From contig JAUQYZ020000176.1 of NCBI GenBank assembly GCA_030587475.2, positions 1-37,528 of the forward strand: a stretch of DNA of 37,528 nucleotides, written 5' to 3'. Below are positions 8,273 to 16,601 of the stretch, one piece after another; position 1 is the stretch's first letter; every line of letters starts with the position of its first letter. Made by a program: the position numbers and the translations under genes. Source of the stretch: Candidatus Sigynarchaeum calidifontis (lineage in GTDB: Archaea > Asgardarchaeota > Lokiarchaeia > Sigyniarchaeales > Sigyniarchaeaceae). Below the pieces are notes generated by a model. It was not told the DNA's origin. It saw only the letters and a program-made list of their open reading frames with translations, and did no database searches.

Positions 8273-9556
8273 TCAATCGACCTTCCGCAGCACCTGGCCG
8301 CACCGCATACACGCCAGTGCACCTTTCTGCGCCGCCAGTTTCTCGAAACATTGCGGGTGGAACAGTGCACTGCAATCGAGGTTGGGGCACTCGTAGAGAA
8401 AGGGCTCGTCCTCGAACGGCTTACCGCAAGCAGGGCACGCCGCGGTGGCGAGCAAGTCCGGCCCTATCTCCTGGGGCGTGACCTTGGCCGGGATGTCGAT
8501 GCCATGGCTCGATGGCTCGACGGATGCCTCGATTCCAGCTGCCGGCGCCGGCTTCGTTTCTACCGCCCGCTGCGCCACTTGTATTGTTGGAGCTCTCGGA
8601 GCCACCGGGATTGCTTTTCTCCCGCCAGCCACGTCCGCCACGGCTTGTGCTTGCGAAGCCGGCACCTTGAGCAAGTAAAAGCAATGGGGGCACCGGAACA
8701 CGTTCGAACCACCGGTCTTCTTGTCCGACATCGCCCACTGCGCGGCGCAGTGCGAGTGCATCGGGTACATGCAATTCGGGCAGTGGCGACCGCAAGCGGC
8801 GAATGGCTGCTTGCAGATCATGCAATCGCTCCTAAAGCAGATCAGGCACTTGTACCGCTCCGCCTCGGTCATCTTCCCGAAGAGTTCCTTTTGCGCGGGA
8901 GTGAATTCAGCCTCGGAAACGAGCTCCCCGGCGAGGTCGGCAAGCATGGGCTTCTTGCTCTTCAATAGCTCTCGGGTCGATTCCGGCAAGACTTTCACGA
9001 GACCATCGACGATCGCTGGCAACTCGGCCACGTCAGCCACGCTCTTGAACGCGCCGCCCGTGATCTCCGCGATCTGGTTCATGATATCGCTGGAACATTC
9101 CTTGCCGATGCGCACCACGTCGACCTGGATCCCGAGCCGCTGCGCGAGCTTGGCCATCTGTAGCGGGTCCATGGCCGTGTATCTCGAAAAACGCCCGTCC
9201 GAGAGCAAGAGCATCCGGGACACTTTGCCAGAAATCTGTCGGAGCATTTCCACGTGCATCTGGATGCCCAGGGCAATGGCCGAGCCCACGTATGATACAT
9301 TCCCGCAGATCCTCGCGTCCTCGATGCTTTCTTCTATCTTTGCCAATTCGTTGGTTAAAAAGAGAATTTTCGTGCCCTTCTCGCCAAACGTGACCATGCC
9401 GATCTTGTGCTGCGAGCTGGCGGCCAATTTCTTGCGGGAAAAGGCGAGCAAGGCTTTTTTACACGCGAGCAAGCGGTTGGGAAGGATATCCTTCCGGGCC
9501 ATCGACCGGGACACGTCAAGCAAGAGGATGGTGTCCTCCACGATTTCGCTGCTCAT
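8273..9556 (-). CDS. vWA domain protein with two C-terminal RING/PHD-like Zn-finger domains
   Basis: MIDAS DVSRS...LLSDG. Cys cluster 1 is CLIC..CMIC..C..CPNC...H..C...CPHC (~8680-8850). After an Ala/Pro linker, cluster 2 is CPAC...CPNLDC....HPQC...CMRC (C4HC3, ~8300-8437). Confidence 0.88.
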   Translation of the reverse strand: MSSEIVEDTILLLDVSRSMARKDILPNRLLACKKALLAFSRKKLAASSQHKIGMVTFGEKGTKILFLTNELAKIEESIEDARICGNVSYVGSAIALGIQMHVEMLRQISGKVSRMLLLSDGRFSRYTAMDPLQMAKLAQRLGIQVDVVRIGKECSSDIMNQIAEITGGAFKSVADVAELPAIVDGLVKVLPESTRELLKSKKPMLADLAGELVSEAEFTPAQKELFGKMTEAERYKCLICFRSDCMICKQPFAACGRHCPNCMYPMHSHCAAQWAMSDKKTGGSNVFRCPHCFYLLKVPASQAQAVADVAGGRKAIPVAPRAPTIQVAQRAVETKPAPAAGIEASVEPSSHGIDIPAKVTPQEIGPDLLATAACPACGKPFEDEPFLYECPNLDCSALFHPQCFEKLAAQKGALACMRCGQVLRKVD

Positions 9557-9714
9557 GTGGTTGCATCGACCGCTGGAGATGACATGTAATATGCGCCCCA
9601 GGATTATTTAACAATTCACGATGCGGGGCATAAGCCGTCCGCGCGTGAAGCACGGCTTGCCATGAAAGATGGAAAGAGAAGGGGAAGTGATGGCGATACA
9701 ACATGAAAAGTAGA

Positions 9715-12696
9715 TCACATAGTCTGGCGGAAAATTTCCATGATCTCCATTTTCGCGACCCGTCGCAGCAACAAGACCATTCCAACCAAGCAAATGGCCA
9801 GCGACACGGAGAACGACATGAGCATGGTCGGCCACGGCAAGTTGGCGGGATCCAGGATGGCCGCGAGCGGCACCTCGGTTATCGCGGTCTGCTGATACGA
9901 GTTGATATATGACGAGAGGATGCCGATTATCGCACCGCAGATCGACGACGCCAGCAAGATGATCACGCTTTCCATCATGAACATGTTGCGCGTCTGGCTG
10001 TTGTGCAAACCAAGGCTCTTCAGCACGCCGATCTCCCGCTTCCGCTCGAGGACCGTGCTGTACACGGACGACATGAGGCCGAACAGCGCGCTCAAGATGG
10101 CAAAGAACAGGATGGTCGTGAAAAGCAAGGAGACCGTGTTCATGTTCTCGAGTACCTGGCTGATGCGGGATTGCGCGTGTTCCACGGCGAATTGCAAGGG
10201 CTGCCCGTCCGATTTCAGCGTGTCGGAATACGTCCGGTCGATGTTATTCCGCAAGACATCGAGGTCGTGGGTCGACGTGCTGTACGTGTCGACGAAGATC
10301 TTGCTCAAGGGCATGTTCGTCGCGTTCGCTTGCATGTCCATCCATTCGATGTAGTTTTGCTTCGAGCACATGACGCCGCCGTAGAAGCTGGCGATCTTGG
10401 CTTGCCGGAACTGCCAGAACCCGGGCATGCCGTCGGAGATGCCGATGATCGTGGCATTCACGATCGGATCCACGCGTTGATAGTTGTTTTTCGGGTCGTA
10501 GAACGTGAGCCTGACGTTGTCACCCACGTCGAGCGACGCGTAATTGGCAACGGCGCGGGAGATGATGATGTTATTGCCCGTGGTCTCGAACAAGCGGTCC
10601 ACCGTCGCAGCGCCGCCATTCACCTCCATCAAGTTCGAGGGCATGATCTTCGTGTAGTTCTCGTCGATGCCGATGAATGCGGCGGTGAAATCGTAATAAT
10701 TGATGAGATCCCCGATTTCTACATAGTATCGGTTGCTCTCGAACAAGCTACCGAAGTCAAAATCCCCGCCACCGATGGAACCGGCCCCGGTCGACTCCAG
10801 CTGGAGGCGCAGCGCTGCGATGTCGATCGCGTCCGTGTAGGCGCCCGAGACCATTTTCACGTTGTCCATGTGGCTGATGCTTCGCATGAGGTTCTCGTCG
10901 ATCTGGTTGCCGGTACTTGTCGAATACACGACGAGCGGCGCGCCGTAACTGACCTTGATCAAGTAGGTCTGGGAGACCTTCTGGAGCTCCAGCGTCGTGC
11001 CGATGAACAAGATGAACGCGAAGGTCATGGCGAACATGAGCACCGTGCTCGTGTTCCGCCGGCGATAGCGGTAGAGCGACGTGCGCACGATAGGCGTGGT
11101 CTTCTTGTTGACGATCCGGAAGAGGGCGAGGATGGCCCTCTCGAGTGCCGGCACGAGCCCGAGCGAAACAAGGGTGAGGCCGAGCAAGAACGTGAGCTGG
11201 ACGCCGATGAAGGCGATCATGATCACCATGATGTCGCCCGTTAACGCGAGCTGCGGTATCAAGTAGAAAACCAGCGATCCCGCGGCGACGGCCGCGATCC
11301 CGCCGGCGATCAACTGCGTGTTGATCCTTCCTTCCTTCTTGACCACCCAGCCCGTTTCCTGGTGCCGGTACGGGTTGATCGCGTGGGTGATCTTGGTCGA
11401 TGCTGCCTTGTACGCGGGGATCGCGGTGACGAGCAGGGTGATGCCGACCCCGAGCCCGAACGACGTCGCGATGGTCAATGGTTGCACGACGAGTTCGATC
11501 GGGTTCGTCCACAAGCCCAGCCAATTATACAAGACCGGGAGAACGCCTTGGGCACCCCATATACCGAAGACGATCCCCGCGGCAGAACCGACGATGGACA
11601 GGAAAAAACCCTGGTATATCACGAGCTTGAACGGGAAGATGCGCCGGCCGCCGACGACCCGGAAAATGCCGAATTCACGGATGCGATCCTCGACCGCGGT
11701 TGACAATATCGAGTAGATCAGGATGGCCGCGATCAAGGCGGAGATGACAGAGATGAAGATAAATGCGACGCTCATGGCAACGTTCATCATCTCACCATTC
11801 TCTAGTTCCGATAACTTGAGCATCTGGACCGAATACTCCTCCCCGAGCGTGACTTGAATCTTTTCAGCGATGTCGATCATGCGCTGGATGGTCCCGTCGA
11901 TGTTTCTCGTGTCATACACGTATTCCCGGTTCTTGATGAGGCACTCGAAGTAGTTCACCTTCCCCTCGAGGCGGTAGTATTGCTGTAGCCAATCCAAGCT
12001 GGTCACGATCGTGTCGATCTCGATCGCCGAGAATTTCTGCTGCTGCACGACCACGGCGAGGACGGTCAAGTTTACCGCGGGAAACGTGGCATAGCGAACC
12101 GTGATTTCATCCAAATATCCAACGTGCAAGGTCTCGCTGATGAATTGGGAGATGATGCAATAGCCAGCCGGTATGTGAGACGTGAAATACGAGTTATTGG
12201 CCGCGTACTTGAACCGCCCGAGCCCGTCCGCGTCCTCGCCGGGAACGTCAAGGCCATAGAGCAACACGGTGCGGTTTTGCTTGTCTCCCGGGCGCGGATT
12301 CACGACGTCCGCCACCGGCAAGAGCATGAGGCGCGGGTACACGCTCTCGATCTCGTCGATGCCGTCGAGCTTGGCTTGCACTTCCGTCTGGTTCATGAAC
12401 ATGCCCGATCCAAAGATACCGCCGCCGCTGATCCCCTCGAGGTTCCGCGTGATCATAAAGTCGGCAGCCCCTGCAGTCGTCGCCGACGCGTCGAGATAGC
12501 TGTACGAGAGCGAGTCCGTGATAACCCCGACGACCTGCATGATGAAGATGGAGAGGAAGATCCCGCCAATCGCGAAGAAGGTTTTTACCTTTTGCGTTTT
12601 CAGGTCCTTGAAGGCATAAACAAAATCGTTCCAGTTGTTCCGGAACCACTCGCGGATGTTTTTCTTTCCCGGTGCAGCGTGTGATTGGTTTATCAT
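9715..12696 (-). CDS. Double-FtsX/MacB-type (type VII ABC) permease, paralog B
   Basis: Two FtsX motifs (EDRIREFGIFRVVG, ERKREIGVLKSLG) and two large extracellular domains. Start placed at ATG 12696, with a GGTGA RBS (12704-12708) overlapping the upstream stop. Confidence 0.92.
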   Translation of the reverse strand: MINQSHAAPGKKNIREWFRNNWNDFVYAFKDLKTQKVKTFFAIGGIFLSIFIMQVVGVITDSLSYSYLDASATTAGAADFMITRNLEGISGGGIFGSGMFMNQTEVQAKLDGIDEIESVYPRLMLLPVADVVNPRPGDKQNRTVLLYGLDVPGEDADGLGRFKYAANNSYFTSHIPAGYCIISQFISETLHVGYLDEITVRYATFPAVNLTVLAVVVQQQKFSAIEIDTIVTSLDWLQQYYRLEGKVNYFECLIKNREYVYDTRNIDGTIQRMIDIAEKIQVTLGEEYSVQMLKLSELENGEMMNVAMSVAFIFISVISALIAAILIYSILSTAVEDRIREFGIFRVVGGRRIFPFKLVIYQGFFLSIVGSAAGIVFGIWGAQGVLPVLYNWLGLWTNPIELVVQPLTIATSFGLGVGITLLVTAIPAYKAASTKITHAINPYRHQETGWVVKKEGRINTQLIAGGIAAVAAGSLVFYLIPQLALTGDIMVIMIAFIGVQLTFLLGLTLVSLGLVPALERAILALFRIVNKKTTPIVRTSLYRYRRRNTSTVLMFAMTFAFILFIGTTLELQKVSQTYLIKVSYGAPLVVYSTSTGNQIDENLMRSISHMDNVKMVSGAYTDAIDIAALRLQLESTGAGSIGGGDFDFGSLFESNRYYVEIGDLINYYDFTAAFIGIDENYTKIMPSNLMEVNGGAATVDRLFETTGNNIIISRAVANYASLDVGDNVRLTFYDPKNNYQRVDPIVNATIIGISDGMPGFWQFRQAKIASFYGGVMCSKQNYIEWMDMQANATNMPLSKIFVDTYSTSTHDLDVLRNNIDRTYSDTLKSDGQPLQFAVEHAQSRISQVLENMNTVSLLFTTILFFAILSALFGLMSSVYSTVLERKREIGVLKSLGLHNSQTRNMFMMESVIILLASSICGAIIGILSSYINSYQQTAITEVPLAAILDPANLPWPTMLMSFSVSLAICLVGMVLLLRRVAKMEIMEIFRQTM

Positions 12697-12703
12697 GCCG
12701 TTT

Positions 12704-15700
12704 TCACCTTGTCCCGCCATCGTCGAGATATTCATCGTACGTCCGCTTCGACCCCGCGAGCTCGTCGTAGAGCACCCGGTCCCGTCGCTTGAAGTCCTCG
12801 AGTGCCTTGTCTTGCTTTTTCTTCGTGTAGATCGAGCCGAAAACGATCAAGATCGTCACGCCGGTGCTCGTTCCGAGATAGATAGCAACCAGCTCCGGTT
12901 TTTCGTCTATCACGACCGTGAAATAATTGCTTGTAGCTCGTTTCTCCTTCAAGAAGTAATAGCTTTTAACCACGCTTCCGATCTTGAAGCTGCCGACCTT
13001 CTTTGCCTGCATCGTGTAATTGAACGAGATGGACTGCCCGGGGGCTAGCGAGACGTTCGACACGGACACGTCACCCTTCAACACTTCGAAGGCAGCTTGG
13101 TTGTACCCGAAATTGTCGTCGATCGTGAATCCTTGCCGCAACGCGAGCGCCAGTTTCTCGTACGCACCGACATTGAGCGTTCCCGTGTTGTTGATGGTCA
13201 CGATCACGACCAAATTCGTCCCCCGGACGACGCGGAAGCTCGCGGGCAAGAACGATGCACCTTGCACTATTTGCTTCTTGATGGTGATCTCCATCTCGCC
13301 GATCGCCACGGGCGCGGGTGGCACGTAACGCAGCAGCATTGCCATCAGCTCCGTGTTGAAGTTGATGGAGGGAACGAGGTATCCCTTGTACGAGTTCTTC
13401 GTGTATGTCTTGACCACCGAACCTTTATTCCCGCTCAAGACAATGTCGACAGGGTTTGGCCCAGAGATGGTGAAATAAGACGTTCCAGGAAGCGACGTGG
13501 TGAGGGCCCCGGTTAGCGGCGACGCGTGGGCTATCGACACGGAATAGTTGATGCCGAAGGTCTGGGAAATATCGGGGATCGACGAGGGATTCACGTGGCT
13601 CATGGTGGCATTGACATCGATGAGGTACGGCCGCAATGAAAAGCTCTTGTAATCGACATAAGCATCGATGTACCAATCGTTCCCGCGCACGATGAAAGCA
13701 CGTGTCTGGTTCGCGTATGAAACCAGCACGCCGGGGATCTTCTCCGAGTTGGGCACGATGAAGTCGCACGTCATCGTGACACTGGCACCGGCTGCGATGC
13801 TCGCCACGGAATGATTCAAAAACTTGCCATTTATGGTAAAAGAACCCAAGCTGGTGATGATGCCGGGGATAGGTATCGAGATATTTATGTTCGTGGCGGT
13901 CCGGTTGCCCTTGTTCACGATTGATATGATCGCCGACGTGGAAGTACCCGGGAGGACGGAATGCACGTTGGCAGCCATCCTTTGTTTCACGACGAGGGCA
14001 CTGGCATTTTGGGATCCGACGTAGAGCGAATTCGACACTGCTTGAAGGGCAGTGAGACTCGATCGGTCCGTGTATGCAAAAGATTGTTGCGGGATAGGCA
14101 TCAAGGTCTGATTGCGACGCAAGTAGTCCATATCAAAGCTGTCGATACTGAGACGTGTCGACGCGTTATTTCCGAGGTGGAGCTGGATCTTGACCTCGTT
14201 CGTCATCGGAGCCATGTAATGCTTGATGTTAATCGTGTTATTTGCCGTGTCATTGTCGCCATCGTATATCCGGAATATATCGACACTCGATAATATGCTC
14301 GTCTGGTTGATGGAAACGGGGGCGCGGGTGAGGTTACTAACAGGCACCCATTGATTCGTGTTGTAATTCCAGATCATGAACGATGCATTTCCACCAGACC
14401 AGATCGTCGCGTTATTGTAACCGACATACCGGAATTCCAAGGCGCTGACATCATCACGGGTGACATTATTCGTCGTGTTCGCGAATTCGAATTCGATCTT
14501 GATCGCACGGTTAATTCCCACGCCAATGGTGTCGATTTGCCAATATATTCCATCTAAATCGAACGCGTTGGTCTCATTGTTCGTCGCCGGCGGTGGAACT
14601 TGATTACCAGCGAGGAGAGACGCGCTCGTAAAGGTGGAATTCTCGCCACTAAAGGGAATGAACATACCGGTCAAACTCGCATCGGACAAATCGATAATCA
14701 TCGACTTACCGGGCTCTATATAGTTGTAGGGATCGCTTGGCGAGAGCAAGCCCACCTCGTGAAAATCCACGTAACCATCGTTCCTACCCGGTCGGCCGGA
14801 TGGACCCGCACTATCGAGAAGCAAAAGCGCCCCGTATCCAGGTGTCGGGAGGACCGGCTCGACGATCCATTTTTGACCGCTATATGATGCAATGTTGATC
14901 ATGATATTCTCGATCCCGTAGAAAACGCTCAAAGGATCGACCGAGGCGAGCGCGGGAATGAGGAATCCTCGCACTTCGTAATCTACCGATACCGGGTAAT
15001 TGATCAAATTATTTGTCAATTCCGCGAGGCTCGATGTGCCGTGCCCGATCTTTATCCCCCACGCGCGGCTAGTGCCGATGTTCGTGACGTTCAAGGTCAT
15101 TTGGATAGTTTCCTGGAACGGCTTGACGGAGAAATCGGTATCGAGCTGTGCTATCACGACCGGAATGTTAGATTCCGGCTTCTTGTAACCCACGATAACG
15201 TTCGGTATGGCCTTGAGCAAGCCGGCCGGGACGTAGGGTAGTCCCCGGAAACCAACCAGAGCAAGCGGGGACGTGTCGAGCATGATCTCGTCAAGGAGGA
15301 AGTCGAGGAGATCTGGATTCAAACCTGCCCCGGAAAGCAGTTCCTCGTATCCAGCTCGGGTGAGGTTCACGTTCGTGTAGAGTTTCGACAACGCGCCGCT
15401 CTTCTCCCAGGACGTGATGAAAAACACGTTCTTGATGACGAATTCCAGCGCGTCGAGGATTGCCACGATGTCGATGCCCATGGAACGCCCTAAAGCCGAC
15501 GCCATGTAGATCGTGTCGAGAATCGTGTCGTCCATGGTGAGGCGGCTGGTACCGAGGTCCCAGCTCGTCACGTTCCCCGTGATCACGTTCACGTCGATCA
15601 TGGTACCGAGGATGCCGACCGGGTTGAAGTTGAACATCGAGTTCCAGATCATGGCGCTGGGCTTGAACTGCGCACCCTCGGGCATCCCCAGCGCCTTTTT

Positions 15701-16588
15701 CGCGTTGAACGTGTACGCTTGACTAGCGAAGGTGATGCTATCCGTGGCACCCTCGTATTGCACGAACACGAGGTTCGTGCGCGACCCGAAAACTTGCGGG
15801 ACATCACCAGTGAAATTGAGGCCGAGGAAGTTCGTGATCTCGGTCGTGTTGAAATCGAGAAGGCTGAGGAGGTCGGAAATCCCGCCGATCGAAAACCCTC
15901 CGAGAGACCCGCCATAACGATTGATCGACGCAAATCCACACGACAAATGCTTGCTAGCAGTGTAGGAAGCACTCCCGAGCCGCGCCGAGTCCAAGTACTT
16001 GAAATATCCATCCTTGGGTAATTGAGACGTGGTAACAGATAACGCGGCGCGCCAGTCCGGAGCGACCCCGTACAAGGTGAACGTGCGCGAACTCGCATCG
16101 ACCTGCTCGAACAGCTCGACACCGAAGGCATCTTGCAAGATCTTTATCGCCTTCTGCGCTCGCGAGTTTACCGTGGATTGAGGAACCGTGGTGTTGTAGG
16201 ACAAGTAAACGACGAGGCCATTCACTGCCAACTGGAACGTGACGAGCTCGTTGAGCGGCACGTGGACATCGATGTAGCGCGTCGGGTATATGCCGTTGGA
16301 CGCGAGTACGACCACGGAGGCGTTCTTGAAGGCGATGTCGTCGAGTGGCACGCTGTCGATGATGTAGGGATCCTCTGTTATCGCGGACTGGCGGATGAGA
16401 CAGTTCTGTCCGGCAAGGTAGAACTGTATCTGCTCGGCGTAGAGCTCGGTGCCTGAAACAGCCGACATGCCTAGCCGAGCTTGAAGTGGAGAAACCTTAG
16501 AGATTGATCCAGTAGGAGCCATGGAGAAGGGTATACTCGCGATAATGCAGAGCGAGACGATTATGGATGCGAATAATTGTTTTCTCAT
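12704..16588 (-). CDS. Large type I membrane-anchored cell-surface glycoprotein with Ig-like (DUF11/CARDB/BatD-like) domains
   Basis: Signal peptide (MRKQLFASIIVSLCIIASIPF), about 29 N-x-S/T sequons counted by eye, repeated V.N.G beta-sandwich motifs (LNVTNIG, SIVNKGNRTA, TINNTG), a single C-terminal TM and a basic cytoplasmic tail. Confidence 0.88.
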   Translation of the reverse strand: MRKQLFASIIVSLCIIASIPFSMAPTGSISKVSPLQARLGMSAVSGTELYAEQIQFYLAGQNCLIRQSAITEDPYIIDSVPLDDIAFKNASVVVLASNGIYPTRYIDVHVPLNELVTFQLAVNGLVVYLSYNTTVPQSTVNSRAQKAIKILQDAFGVELFEQVDASSRTFTLYGVAPDWRAALSVTTSQLPKDGYFKYLDSARLGSASYTASKHLSCGFASINRYGGSLGGFSIGGISDLLSLLDFNTTEITNFLGLNFTGDVPQVFGSRTNLVFVQYEGATDSITFASQAYTFNAKKALGMPEGAQFKPSAMIWNSMFNFNPVGILGTMIDVNVITGNVTSWDLGTSRLTMDDTILDTIYMASALGRSMGIDIVAILDALEFVIKNVFFITSWEKSGALSKLYTNVNLTRAGYEELLSGAGLNPDLLDFLLDEIMLDTSPLALVGFRGLPYVPAGLLKAIPNVIVGYKKPESNIPVVIAQLDTDFSVKPFQETIQMTLNVTNIGTSRAWGIKIGHGTSSLAELTNNLINYPVSVDYEVRGFLIPALASVDPLSVFYGIENIMINIASYSGQKWIVEPVLPTPGYGALLLLDSAGPSGRPGRNDGYVDFHEVGLLSPSDPYNYIEPGKSMIIDLSDASLTGMFIPFSGENSTFTSASLLAGNQVPPPATNNETNAFDLDGIYWQIDTIGVGINRAIKIEFEFANTTNNVTRDDVSALEFRYVGYNNATIWSGGNASFMIWNYNTNQWVPVSNLTRAPVSINQTSILSSVDIFRIYDGDNDTANNTINIKHYMAPMTNEVKIQLHLGNNASTRLSIDSFDMDYLRRNQTLMPIPQQSFAYTDRSSLTALQAVSNSLYVGSQNASALVVKQRMAANVHSVLPGTSTSAIISIVNKGNRTATNINISIPIPGIITSLGSFTINGKFLNHSVASIAAGASVTMTCDFIVPNSEKIPGVLVSYANQTRAFIVRGNDWYIDAYVDYKSFSLRPYLIDVNATMSHVNPSSIPDISQTFGINYSVSIAHASPLTGALTTSLPGTSYFTISGPNPVDIVLSGNKGSVVKTYTKNSYKGYLVPSINFNTELMAMLLRYVPPAPVAIGEMEITIKKQIVQGASFLPASFRVVRGTNLVVIVTINNTGTLNVGAYEKLALALRQGFTIDDNFGYNQAAFEVLKGDVSVSNVSLAPGQSISFNYTMQAKKVGSFKIGSVVKSYYFLKEKRATSNYFTVVIDEKPELVAIYLGTSTGVTILIVFGSIYTKKKQDKALEDFKRRDRVLYDELAGSKRTYDEYLDDGGTR

Positions 16589-16601
16589 TGATATGCTGCC
16601 C

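Noticed and set aside
10003-11244. Long opposite-strand ORFs (also 8721..9611, 17704..18693, 18456..19496, 34309..35025)
   Set aside because: They lie antisense to well-supported genes, have no recognisable motifs, and are expected with GC-rich codon bias.
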